A stretch of 64,000 nt of DNA from Octopus sinensis (taxonomy: Eukaryota), in the NCBI RefSeq assembly GCF_006345805.1, contig NC_043020.1, forward strand, positions 8,060,001-8,124,000, given 5' to 3'. Below are positions 37,951 through 50,934 of this stretch, in pieces (the stretch's first letter is position 1; the number at the start of each line of letters is the position of its first letter). The notes beneath the pieces were generated by a model, which was not told the DNA's origin, did no database searches, and saw nothing but the letters and a program-made list of their open reading frames with translations. A program made the position numbers and the translations under genes.

Positions 37951-38579
37951 TCTGTTTTTGTAAAACCTTAAAAATAAATTAAATTAAATATAAAAGAAGG
38001 TAGAGAAAAGGTAATTGAAGAAATTAGGATTAAATTATTTCTACAACATGAATTTGTATGTGGTTATGTTTGTGTTTGTATTTTTATTTTTGTTGTATTG
38101 TTGATGTCAGTTTTCTTGTTATTTATGTTTTTTAACACTTCACGCAGAAACAGATTCTGATTTCTGAGAGATATACACGTTTCTCCCGCATTCCATCATA
38201 TGACACCTCTTGCCTGAGCATCATCATCATCATCTTCATCATTATTATGTTCATTATTGTTATTATTATTATTATTGTCGTCATCATCTTACTAATTAAT
38301 TACTCTTATATACATCATCCCTCTTTCTTTTCTAATCAATTAATACGTGAATTACTGTGGCATATGAAAGTGGAGTTTTAAGAGATAAACACCACCAAAC
38401 ACACACACACTCTCCCCTCCCTCTCTCTCTCTCTCACACACACACACCACACACACATTTGTTTTAAACCCCTTCATCATTTGCTGTCATTCAGTTTTTA
38501 CCGAAGAGTAGAGAGCAGACTTGTTCTGTGAAACCCTAACAACCCCCGTCTCTAAGCTGAAAACAACAGTTATCCAACC

Positions 38580-38642
38580 ATGGGAGAATATTTTGCTCTC
38601 TTCTTCTTTATCTTCTTCTTTCTTCTTTTAATTGCCCCTTAG
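38580..38642 (+). CDS. Small ORF 1, 20 aa hydrophobic micropeptide MGEYFALFFFIFFFLLLIAP
   Basis: CCAACCATGG Kozak context; paralogous to 39243 and 40156; TAG AGT TAA tandem stops. Confidence 0.65.
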   Translation: MGEYFALFFFIFFFLLLIAP

Positions 38643-38892
38643 AGTTAATTCTGTCCACCTATCATCTATTTATCCTCTGTTGTTGTTTAACCCCAGGTAA
38701 GCCCCCAAAATATATTACCCCAATATCCATAAGGTAAATTTATTAAATAGAAAACCGACTGGATTTTCAAATCGAACTTGTGCATGAAACCCTCTCACCT
38801 GATTATAAAGTATAATTCTTAAACAGGTAACAGAAATTGATTGGGAAAAAAAAATCAATATGTACATACATACATGTACATTGATGTTGCAA

Positions 38893-38904
38893 TATAAAAT
38901 TAGG
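38893..38904 (+). promoter_or_regulatory. TATA-like motif (TATAAAATTAGG) in a repeated upstream module
   Basis: Same ~110 bp module at ~39905-40030 (TATAAAATTAGG at 39932) and ~41225-41340 (CATAAAATTAGG). Confidence 0.35.
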
Positions 38905-39242
38905 TCAATTAATTAAAACTAGGTAACAAATTGCAAACAAAAAAATATTGTCGGAAAACTACCTGTATATAATTATTGGGACTAACACACACACACACAC
39001 ACACACACACGAACGCACTCACGCACACACACACACACACACGAACGCACACACGCACACACACACACACACACGAACGCACACGCACACACACACACAC
39101 GAACGCACACACGCACGCACACACACACGAACGCACACATGCACACACACACACACACACCTGTCATCGGTTGTTTTACCTAAAGATTTTAATGAGGAAT
39201 AAGTAACTCCATTTCTATGTTGTAAACAACAACTATCCAACC

Positions 39243-39305
39243 ATGGGAGAATATTTTGCTCTCTTCTTCTTCATTTTCTTTTTCCTTCTATTAATTGCTC
39301 CTTAG
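39243..39305 (+). CDS. Small ORF 2, MGEYFALFFFIFFFLLLIAP (same peptide as ORF 1)
   Basis: 6 synonymous and 0 nonsynonymous differences versus ORF 1; TAG AGT TAG tandem stops. Confidence 0.65.
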   Translation: MGEYFALFFFIFFFLLLIAP

Positions 39306-39774
39306 AGTTAGTTCTGTCTGTTTTGTTGTTTCTGTTTAACCCCCAGCTCAGCCCAAGATAACTGTTACCAATGTGCCCCAGATACATGTCCATTTCATAG
39401 AGCACTGACGGGGGGGATATCAATTGCACCTGACAGACTGGTCTTTGGCCACAAAACTAGGTGGACAACTCACTGTTAAGCTCTGTCAACAGACTAAAAT
39501 CTTCTTTCCACTCGTATTCCTAAGCATGTAGGTGTCAATTGACAAAACAAACAAAAAACAAGCAGCAGAAACTGATAAGAAAATCAACATACACACATCT
39601 CTCTCTTTCTCTCTCTCCATATATATATATATATCTGTGTGTGTGTCTCTCTCTCTCTACATATATATATATATATAATTCATAGTTCCCTCGTAAAGTC
39701 CTGTACAGAACAATGGGAGCAACTATGTTGAGGTGGTAACTACCATTATTTTCTATAGAGTTACTACTTGAAGC

Positions 39775-39827
<53 letters not shown>

Positions 39828-40155
39828 GTGCACACACAACTGTCACCATCTCTATCTGTCTATCTATCCATGCATACATACACACACATGTGCATGTATC
39901 AGTGTATACATGTATACTAGAATTACTGCAGTATAAAATTAGGTTCATTAACCGGAATTGCTAATTGACTGAATTTGAAAAAAAAAAAATGTCGGAAACA
40001 TACATAAAATGCATATTTATTCAGATTAACACACACACACACACACACACACCCATATTTTAACCCCTTCATTTAGTGAGGACTAGAGAGCAGACCTATT
40101 CTGTAAGATCACAACAACCCCGTATTTCTGCTCTGAAAACAACAACTATCCAACC

Positions 40156-40218
40156 ATGGGAGAATACTATGCTCTCTTCTTCCTTGTCGTCTTCATTCTT
40201 CTTTTAATTGCTCCTTAG
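40156..40218 (+). CDS. Small ORF 3, MGEYYALFFLVVFILLLIAP
   Basis: Same length, Kozak context and stop; 5 conservative substitutions versus ORF 1. Confidence 0.6.
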   Translation: MGEYYALFFLVVFILLLIAP

Positions 40219-40735
40219 AGTTAATTCTGTCCACCCATCTATTTGTCCTCTGCTGTTTTTTTTTTATTTTTTTTATTTGTACTTGTTTCAGTAATTTGAC
40301 TGCGGCCATGCTGGAGCACCGCCTGTTGTTTACGTTTACTCTCAGGTCAGTCTTCATTTAGCTGACCAATGTGCAAAAGCACCTGTTTACCCCATATCTT
40401 TCGTCTATATGCATAGTGCATCTTGGATTACGTTCTGCAACATGCCTTTCCTTACTTTTTTAAGTGGATTAGTACAGGATTTGAGGAAGATTTGGTTGCT
40501 ATTTCTTGTTGACCTAGCAACAATGTAGAGGACTTTTAGTGTTTCTTAGTTGTTTACTGTATAAATTTTTTATTTATTTTATACATACATACATAGATAC
40601 ATACATACATATATATATATATGTATATATATATATGCTTGTGTGTGTAATGTTGGTGATGACTTGTAATTATATATTCTACACAATGGATTAATTTCTT
40701 TTTATGTGTATACACACACACGTGTGTGTATATGC

Positions 40736-40771
<36 letters not shown>

Positions 40772-41096
40772 ATGTATGTATGTATGTATATGTATGTATG
40801 TATGTATATGTATGTATGTATATATATATATGTATATATATGTGTGTATACATATATATATATATATTATATATATATATATATGTATATATATATCTAG
40901 AGGAGAGAGAGAGAGAGAAAGATAGATTAGGCATTCATTTAATTTTAGTCTTTAAATGCTTCGTGACTCTCAGGTTATGCATAAGTTGTAGTAATCCTAC
41001 AAGTCTGGGAAAACTTTTAGAAAGTTCCTCTACCCTACATTTCTAACTTTAATATACACGAGTGTGCATGTAATGTATGATATTTCATGTGTATAC

Positions 41097-41129
<33 letters not shown>

Positions 41130-41580
41130 ATATATCTTATAGATATATGTATATATGATATTTATATATATCATCATCATCGTTAACGTCCGTTTTCTGC
41201 GCTAGCACGGGTTGGACTTATATATACATGTAAATATTCAGGAAGCATAAAATTAGGTTAGTTAACGGGAATTGCTAATTGCCTAAAAAGGAAAATAAAA
41301 ATTGTCAGCAACATACATAAAACACATATTTATTCGGATAAATGTGCACATGTGCATGCGCGCACACACACACACACACACGCTCATATATATATATATA
41401 TGTATGTATATAATATATATATATGTATGTATATAATATATATATATGTATGTATATAATATGTATATATATGTATGGATATAATATGTATGTGCATATG
41501 TATATATTTATTTATATGTATGTATATATATTCATGTATATATATGTATGTATATAATATATATATGTATACACTGAATG

Positions 41581-41615
<35 letters not shown>

Positions 41616-41833
41616 TTGTATTCTATTGTTTAAAATTAACTGACCACAATGGTTTTCTACCTCCAGTTTGAAGAGAGGTTATATGACCACGGCCTTTGGA
41701 GACTGACAGGTTGTCTATAAAGCTAAGCACTTTATGGATACAAAATCATTGGTCACTCTATGACCATCCTTATATTCAAATTCATGTGTATATATATGTA
41801 TATATATGTGTGTGTGGTGCATGTGTATGTGTG

Positions 41834-41865
<32 letters not shown>

Positions 41866-41867
<2 letters not shown>

Positions 41868-41950
41868 AATTAGAGATAAAACCACTATTAGGCAAATCAA
41901 ACAATGAAAGACATAAACCAAAACATAAAAATAAAAATAAAAAACATAAA
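41866..41950 (-). mobile_element. Penelope-like terminal fragment (inverted partner at ~46320-46382)
   Basis: ATTAGAGATAAAACCACTA matches the end motif of the 15 kb and 25 kb palindromes (ATTAGAGACAAAACCACTA); sits in (TA)n. Confidence 0.4.
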
Positions 41951-42081
41951 TTACAAAATATATAAATTTAAATTATTTAAATATTTAATTAAAATTAAAA
42001 TTATTAAAAAAAAATTTATATTTATAAATTTTTTTTTTTTTTTTTCTATTAAATATATATACATCCATATATATATATATA

Positions 42082-42114
<33 letters not shown>

Positions 42115-42889
42115 GATTATAGATATATAGATATAGATATATATAGATATAGATATATATATAGATATAGATATATATAGATATAGATATATATAGCTAT
42201 AGATATTTATAGATATAGATATATATATGTAGATTATATTTATATATAGGTATAGATATATATAGATTATATATATATATATATGTATATATAGATAGAT
42301 AGATATCATCATCATCATCATCATCATCGTTTAACGTCTGCTTTCCATGCTAGCATGGGTTGGATGATTTTGACTGAGGGCTGGTGAACCAGATGGCTGC
42401 ATCAGGCTCCACTATATAGATATATATAAACAATTGCAGCATTTAAATTTGCCTCAAAATATATTCACCGCTTTGAAACCACAACTTGTTCATTGACAAA
42501 CGTGTGAATAATCGCTGGTATTTGTACTAAATATTAATGAAAACACACACACACACACACACACATTATATAAACACATGTACAGCGTTGATCCAAGACA
42601 TTATTCCTTCGCCATCTCCAGTGAGGTGAGAAGACTGATATAAGATAGCCTGATCCTGTGGCCCTGAGGACATTGAAAGTGACCCCAAGCCATAGCTGTA
42701 AAAAGGGGATGATGATGTCTCCACCCTTCATGCAGTCTCCTGCACTCAGTTCCAAAGTAATCTACCCCAGTATCACAATGGATATTCTCACACAGTGCTT
42801 TCAGAAGTTAGTTTTGCCATGAGGGGCAAGCTTTCTTGAGAATTTGATATCACCAGATATTCCACCCCTTTATCATTTCCTCTGTGATA

Positions 42890-42984
<95 letters not shown>

Positions 42985-43324
42985 TGGCTATTTTCTCATG
43001 TACAAACAGAGCCATTACTAGATAGAATCATTGAAATGAGTTATTGAGAGTGCAGTGTGAGGCCCTTATATGACTCTTGAGCCTTATCATAGAGTTGCAC
43101 ATGTTATCGCATAATGCAGTTATGCTGGCTGGCGGAAGGAACTGATGCGGTAGTGTGAAAGTCTTTTGACATGTCTTTTTAAACGTCCAACTGAACTGCA
43201 CACCTTTCCATGGGTTGCACCTGTTCTGTTGTTAAATAACTCCTTGTATATCCTCTTGATATGTTTATATGTTTTAATTTTATTTATATTTTTTAAATTT
43301 GTGTGTGTGTGTGTGTGTGTATGT

Positions 43325-43369
<45 letters not shown>

Positions 43370-43474
43370 AGGTGAACTGAAAAGTAATGCAGTTTTCATT
43401 TCCATTATTTTTGAGTCCCCACCTTGTGTGTGTGTGTGTATGTATATATATATATATTAATATATATATATATA

Positions 43475-43577
43475 TTGTTATCGCCATATTAATATGGCAG
43501 TCTTATAGATATAAGACTAAAGCTATCGTTGATAGTATTATATCTATAAGACTGCCATATTAATATGGCGATAACAA
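43475..43577. repeat. Nested palindrome with perfect 40 bp arms
   Basis: TTGTTATCGCCATATTAATATGGCAGTCTTATAGATATAA ... TTATATCTATAAGACTGCCATATTAATATGGCGATAACAA. Confidence 0.85.
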
Positions 43578-43682
43578 TTAATTTCCAGTAATGCTGCCGT
43601 AATCTCTTTTAGAGAGACTTAGTAATTTTAATATTTCTATTATATATATATAGACACACATTTACATATATATATATATATA

Positions 43683-44060
43683 TGGAGACACAGTGGCCCT
43701 GTGGTTAGGGCAGCAGACTCGCAGTTGTAGGATCACAGTTTCAATTCCCAGATCAGGTGTTGTGAGTATTTATTGAGTGAAAACACCTAAAGCTCCACGA
43801 GGCTCTGGCAGAGGAGGTGGGGTGAACCCTGCTGTACCATTTCACCATAACTTTATCTCACTGGTTCTTCTGTTTCTGTTGTACCTGTATTTCAAAGGGG
43901 TTTACATCCCTGTAACTTAGTAGTTCAGCAAAACAGAATGATAAAATAGGTACCAGGTTTCAAAATAAGTCCTAGGGCCGATTAGTTTGACTAAAAATTC
44001 CTCAAGGCAATGCCCCAGCATGGCCAGCCACAGTCTAATGACTGAAAGAAGTAAATCATC
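43683..44060 (+). mobile_element. Chimera: family C 5' part fused to family B 3' part
   Basis: C body to GTACCTGTATTTCAAAGGG (~43900) then B-type TTTACATCCCTGTAACTTAG...GCCCCAGCATGGCC. Confidence 0.65.
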
Positions 44061-44231
44061 AAAAAACAAAATATATATATGATTTCTGGGACTTGACTGA
44101 TGAAAGAAAGCCAAGAATGACCCGAATCTTTTGCCTGTCCTTCTAATTGCTGTTTCTCTTGTCCGCCTTTGTATCACCTATCTGTCCGAACGTTTTAATG
44201 CCCTCTATTGCGTTTTTCTTCCATTTATATA

Positions 44232-44278
<47 letters not shown>

Positions 44279-44457
44279 TGTCATACAAGCAGTATCATTC
44301 ATTTCTAATATGTTGTGAGTATATGTGTGGCATTTGGGTGAAATATTACCTTTTTAAAAACAGGTGAGGACTGGTGACATGAAGGGCATCTGATTGTAAT
44401 AAACCTTACCCAGTAAATTTCCTCTGCCTCATGCAAGCATGGAAAAGTGGACATTAA

Positions 44458-44679
44458 CCCTTTTGTTACCACATTTCTGTTGAGTAGCTCTGTGTTTCTT
44501 TCAATTAATCTTAATTATAACAAAGAATTTAGTAAAACAACTTAGTTATCATTCAGCTTGTGTTAGGAACATTAATCATGACTGAGGTTTGGTGGAAGAT
44601 ATTAATTCAAAACTTTTGAAAACAAGACCTTTGTACTACAGAGCCAGAGTCAGTTTCATGTGGGTTGGTATCAAAAGGG
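44458..44679. mobile_element. Second TTAA-targeting (piggyBac-like) MITE family
   Basis: TTAA|CCCTTTT..TACC ... GGTATCAAAAGGG|TTAA; splits a D-element tail (GGACATTAA/AATGATGATG). Confidence 0.7.
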
Positions 44680-44774
44680 TTAAAATGATGATGTTGATAC
44701 ATTCTACAGACTGTCATGGCAGGAAGCATGGAAAAATGGTCATTAACACGCACACACACACACACGTTATTATT

Positions 44775-45172
44775 ACTCTTTTACTTGTTTCAGTCATTTG
44801 ACTGCGGCTATGCTGGAGCACCGCCTTTAATCGAACAACTCGACCCCGGGACCCACTCCTTGCAAGCCCAGCACCTACTCCATCGGTCTCCTCTGCCAAA
44901 CCGCCAAGTGATGGGGACATAAACACACCAGCATCGGTTGTCAAGCGATGCTGGATGGGACAAACACAGACACACAAACATACACGCACACATACATATA
45001 TATATATACATATATAATCTTTCAGTTTCCGTCTACCAAATCCACTCACAAGGCTTTGGTCGGCCCGAGGCTATAGTAGAAGACGCTGGCCCAAGGTGCC
45101 ACACTGTGGGACTGAACCCGGAACCATGTGGTTGGTAAACAAGCTACTTACCACACAGCCACTCCTGCGCCT
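44775..45172 (-). mobile_element. Family B SINE
   Basis: Reverse complement of family B. Confidence 0.85.
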
Positions 45173-45379
45173 ATTATGCTTCTGTTGATTCAATCACAAG
45201 AAAACTATTCATATGCATGTCAATATGTTTGATGCAAATATTCCATATATATGCAACAGACAAAGTGCACCACTGTGCATATGTCAAATGTTATACTGCA
45301 ATACTCATGTGAAATACTATTTGCCTATGTATAATGGGACTTGTCTTATAGTAGGGTATATATATATGTGTGTGTGTGC

Positions 45380-45780
45380 TCTTACTCTTTACTCTTACTT
45401 GTTTCAGTCATTTGATTGTGGCCATGCTAGAGCACCACCTCTAGTCGAGCAAATCGACCCCAGGACTTATTCTTTGTAAGCCTAGTATTTATTCTATCGG
45501 TCCCTTTTGCCGAACTGCTAATTTATGGGAACGTAAACACACCAGCATCAGTTGGGGGGAGAAACACAGACACACAAACATATACACATGCATACATATA
45601 TATATATACATATATACGACGGGCTTCTTTCAGTTTCCGTCTACAAAATCCACTCACAAGGCTTTGGTCGCCCCGAGGCTATAGTAGAAGACACTTGCCC
45701 AAAGTGCCACACAGTGGGACTGAACCTGGAACTATGTGGCTGGTAAGCAAGCTACTTACCACACAGCCACTCCTGTGCCT
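45380..45780 (-). mobile_element. Family B SINE
   Basis: Reverse complement of family B. Confidence 0.85.
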
Positions 45781-45790
45781 GTGTGTATAT

Positions 45791-46078
45791 TAATTTAAGA
45801 TAAGGTAGGGTATATAAAACCACTTGCTAAAATCAGAGCCATTGCTCAAAAAACCATCAAATTACTATAAAGACTTACACAAGCAATGCAATGAACATTT
45901 CAGAAACAGGTTTACCTCTGATTGGAATACATATTTCAATACCAATAGGATAAGCCTGTTTTTGAAATAGTCATTGCATTTCTTGGGTGTATCTTTATAA
46001 TAATTTTGATGGTGGTTTTTGGAGCAGTGGCTCTGATTTTAGCAAGTGGTTTTATATACCCTACCTTATTTTAAATTA
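45791..46078. mobile_element. Foldback MITE-like element with ~130 bp imperfect TIRs
   Basis: TAATTTAAGATAAGGTAGGGTATATAAAACCACTTGCTAAAATCAGAGCCA... mirrored at the right end; extra partial end at ~46220-46245. Confidence 0.75.
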
Positions 46079-46382
46079 CTCTGCATTGTGCCTGTAAAGG
46101 TGTGAACTTGCTTGGCACCTTATTATTACTGTAAATAACAGTAATAATACTACCTTATTTAAATTTTATATATATGTGTGTGCCTGTGTGTGTGTGTGTA
46201 TATAATATATATATATATTATATACCCTACCTTATCTTAAATTAAATTTAGTGTTATACTAATTATCTTTTTTTAATAATTTTGATATATATTTAAAATA
46301 ATATAAATTAATTAATCTTATGTATTGGCTTAAGTTTTTCATTGTATGATTTGCCTAATAGTGGTTTTATCTCTAATTTAAT

Positions 46383-46431
<49 letters not shown>

Positions 46432-46743
46432 TATCCTGTTCACAGCGTTACAATTTTTTAAGGCGGTGCTCCAGCATGGCCGCAATCAAGTGACTGAAAC
46501 AAGTGAAAAAGAAAAAAAGAAAGATATTAAATACACAAAGTCATGAAGATGAGGTAAAAAGCAACCAAACTCGGTATATTACTCAGGAAAAGATAGAAGT
46601 CTTATACATTTTGAGATTAGGTAAGGAGAGAAAAATATTGAGACAGGAAAGAATAAACTTATTTCAGTTAGATAACCACCACATGCTGAAATGTGTATGT
46701 ATATATGTGTTTATAAATGTATACATGCAAACATGTAAGTGTG

Positions 46744-46774
<31 letters not shown>

Positions 46775-46777
46775 TCA

Positions 46778-47005
46778 AGGCGGTAAGCTGGCAGAAACGT
46801 TAGCATGTCGGGCGAAATGCTCAGCGGTATTTCGTCTGCCGCTACGTTATGAGTTCAAATTCCACTGAGGTCGACTTTGCCTTTCATCCTTTCGGGGTCG
46901 ATAAATAAAGTACCAGTTTCGCACTGGGGTCGATGTAATCGACTTAATCCCTTTGTCTGTCCTTGTTTGTCCCCTCTATGTTTAGCCCCCTGTGGACAAT
47001 AGAGA
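46778..47005 (+). mobile_element. Family A1 SINE
   Basis: Head and A1 tail. Confidence 0.8.
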
Positions 47006-47444
47006 AATATATATGTGTGTGTGTGTGTAAAATATCTTCAACTGTTGTTTAATATCATTGCTCATTGCAATATACTGTATTTTCCAGCATATAAGTTGAA
47101 TATTTCAAACCAAGATTTTCAGCAAAAAAAAAAAAATGTAGATTGGCTTATATACCAAATTGCCTTTGATGGGCCAAAAAGTCTATGTGAAATACAGCTG
47201 GATTTGGAAAGATAAAGATGACTATTGAATGCTTACACTACATCTGCAGTATATACTATATTGATTTGTATGCCAGAAAATATAGTATATATATGTATGT
47301 ATGCATATATGCACACACTTAGCCACTTGTGTACATCTATACATACATTTGCAGAATGCAGATACACTGTGTACATACATCTGTGTTGATGCATTGATAT
47401 ATATAGGCAAATATGAGTGTATAAGTCTCTGCATAATATATATT

Positions 47445-47668
47445 ACTCTTTCACTCTTTTACTTGTTTCAGTCATTTGACTGCGGCCATGCTGGAGCACC
47501 GCCTTTAATCGAGCAACTCGACCCCGGGGCTTATTCTTTTGTAAGCCCAGTACTTATTCTATCGGTCTCTTTTGCCGAATCGCTAAGTAACGGGGACATA
47601 AACACACCAGCATCGGTTGTCAAGCAATGCTAGAGGGACAAACACAGACACACAAACACACACACACA

Positions 47669-47708
<40 letters not shown>

Positions 47709-47872
47709 TACGACGGGCTTCTTTCAGTTTCCGTCTACCAAATCCACTCAGAAGGCTTTGCTCAGCCCGAGGCTATAGTAGAAGACACTTGCCCAAGGTG
47801 CCACGCAGTGGGACTGAACCCGGAACCATGTGGTTGGTAAACAAGCTACTTACCTCACAGCCACTCCTGCGC
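47445..47872 (-). mobile_element. Family B SINE, full length
   Basis: Reverse complement of family B. Confidence 0.85.
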
Positions 47873-48355
47873 TACATACACACATACGCATACATGTACA
47901 CATGCACATATATACATTGACTTTACTGTATATAAACTATATTACACATGAATATATGTCATTGTATAAATATGTACAAGTACTATTTGTCCATATGCAC
48001 ATCTGTAAGTACAATGAAATTTTGTGTGTGCATGTGTATAGATATGTGTATGTGCAATATCTATATCTGTCTGTCTGTCTAAGAAATTAAAGTAACAAGG
48101 GTGTAAGAAGGTATGTCGTGAACTTCATTAGCTCACAGCTGTTTCTGCTATGCACTCATAGGTGAATACTCGTGTATTACCCTATACCTTCATCAGAGCA
48201 TCGAAACAGTTTTATTTGGGAAAGCATTTACATACATATATACATTCATAAAAAGCACTGAGTCCACTCTGCAGAGTGGTTGGTGTTAGGAAGGGCATCC
48301 AGCTGTAAAACCTCTGCCATTAAATGATGATGATGCTGACATATATACAAGGGTG

Positions 48356-48587
48356 ATGGCGGCGAGCTGGCAGAAACGTTAGCACGCCAGGTGAAATGCA
48401 TAGCCGTATTTCGTCTGTCATTACGTTCTGAGTTCAAATTCCGCCAAGGTCGACTTTGCCTTTCATCCTTTCGGGGTCGATAAATTAAGTACCAGTTATG
48501 CACTGGGGTTGATGTAATCGACTTAATCCCTTTGTCTGTCCTTGTTTGTCCCCTCTGTGTTTAGCCCCATGTGGGTAGGAAAGAAAT
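48356..48587 (+). mobile_element. Family A1 SINE
   Basis: TSD ATATACAAGGGTGA. Confidence 0.85.
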
Positions 48588-48704
48588 ATATATACAAGGG
48601 TGAGTCAAAAAGAAACTATGGGATGATGCAAAAGCATTCAGCTCTGATTGCGCTGCTTCTTACTGCAGAAACAGTAATAAGTTAATGAAGTTGATTATGT
48701 ATAA

Positions 48705-49053
48705 TAATAATAATAATGAAATTGTTGTATACAGTGCTCAGGTGCACCACAACTTGTCAAAAGTGCGTATATAGCATATGTAGTAATGTACAAATGTCTG
48801 GAAAGCGAACAGTGTATGAGTCAGATACATGCTTGCGTGTGTATGGAGGGGAGAAAGATCAGGTGTAGTGTTGGCGAATCTCAGGAAGCATGGAAGTTTT
48901 GAAGGATGCAGTGCTCCGACAACTAACAACTGATGCCGGCAGTTTGTTCCATACTTCAGCAACTCTCAGCGTGAAAAAATGTTTCCTGAAGTCATGGGAG
49001 CTGTGCTGTTTTCTTACTTTGTAAATATGTCCACGGGTGTTAGTCTTGTTCAT
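48705..49053 (-). mobile_element. CR1 LINE 3' end with (TAT)n tail
   Basis: TRGHIYKVRKQHSSHDFRKHFFTLRVAEVWNKLPASVVSCRSTASFK, classic CR1 ORF2 C-terminus. Confidence 0.85.
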
Positions 49054-49901
49054 CTGTCATTCATTAATCGCTATTACACTCTGTACTTGCTGAATGGCTT
49101 AATCGAAAGCATAAGTGTATCGTGTTGTGACGACTGGTTATTAGTATCCCTAAGCAAAATCATAACACACACATGAGCGTATTGAAATACACAGTAACAG
49201 ACTGACCTGTCGAAATAGTAGTTTTGGTATACCAGCAGCTACTGTTAGTGTCAGATCTACAGTGTACAAAGTGGTAATGGCTTGATTGTTCCTCTGGCAC
49301 TGTTACCAATACCAGCCACCCCCATCCCTCACCTGTACCATCGACACCCACCACTGTGGCCATATTGTCTGCTATCAACCCCTACCACCTCCCCCTCCTG
49401 CATCATCAAATTTGCCTCTGTGAAGCATTGCTTTCAACTTGTTATATATATATAATATATATATATATATATACGTATCATCATCATATATATATATATA
49501 TATATATAATATATATATATACGTATCATCATCATATATATATCTATATATATATATATGTATCATCATCATATATATATCTATATATATATATATGTAT
49601 CATCATCATATATATCTATATATATATATATATGTATCATCATATATATATCGAAACGTAGAGTAGATGAAACCATGGCGACTGAAGAAGGGGGTTTTTC
49701 CTTGTGTTATTTGTCCCGTACTCTATTTTTTTGTTGTTTAAAAAAAATGTCCAGTTCCTTGGGTTTGTGTCTATGTTTTCGTTTCTCATTGTGTTCGACG
49801 TTTTTTTGGTGTCCTGTACCCCATATATGCGTGTATATATACATGTAGAGGTAGGTACCTACATATATGTATATGTATATATGCATATGTTTTATTTATT
49901 A

Positions 49902-49934
<33 letters not shown>

Positions 49935-50708
49935 TACATAATCCTGATGTTACCCTGATCAATTTATCTTCCTCACCCACCCTCTTTTCTCCATCACTTT
50001 TCTCTCTCTCTCTCTCTGTCTCTCAGATAAGTCACCAGCTGGTGTCACATGCACACACACACTATACACACACACACTTCCTACACAAATTGCACCCGTG
50101 TAAATGAACAGAAATACCAAAAAGTTTATAAAAATAGCAACAAAGGAGACATCAACAACAATAACAGCAATTACAACCACAACAACAACAACTAGTTAAT
50201 TAACCACCTTAATTAATAATGGATCCACACTTACTACAAATACTAATACTACTGCTGCTACCACAACCACCACCACAACCACCACCACTACCACCACCAC
50301 AACCACCACCACAACCACTACCACCACCACAACCACTACCACCACAACCACCACCACCACTACGACCACTACCACCAATACTACTACTACTACTACTTCA
50401 AACTATCAACAACTATAACAATAACAGACACTGTCACGTGACTACTACCATGAGCAATACTGACAACAACAACAAAGTCGACCACCTGGTCACTAACAAC
50501 AACAACAACAACAACAGCAACACCACCAATAACCACAATACTAAAAACACCGTCACTGGAGATGATCCAGAAGCATTTCAAAGATTACTTATGTACGGTT
50601 ACGTTTGTAGCTACTTATGTCCACACACACACACACACACACTGTTAAACACATACAAGCGTACATTCACTTATGTACATACATACATACATACATACAT
50701 ACATACAT

Positions 50709-50739
<31 letters not shown>

Positions 50740-50934
50740 TTCACAAACACAGAGTCCATTCTCTGTTTATTTGTGAAACAAGGATTTGAGCACAGCATGT
50801 CTAGCATAACAGTCACATGATTGTGTAAAATATTAACTGGACATCACACACACATGTATATATATTTATACACACATGCAAACACTCATGTATATATCTA
50901 CACACATGCAAGCACAAAGATACACACACACATA

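Noticed and set aside
41940-42060. Extreme A/T homopolymer-rich stretch
   Set aside because: Looks like low-quality or low-complexity sequence, not a defined element
50219-50776. Pro/Asn-rich ORF
   Set aside because: (ACC)n/(AAC)n/(ACAT)n repeats
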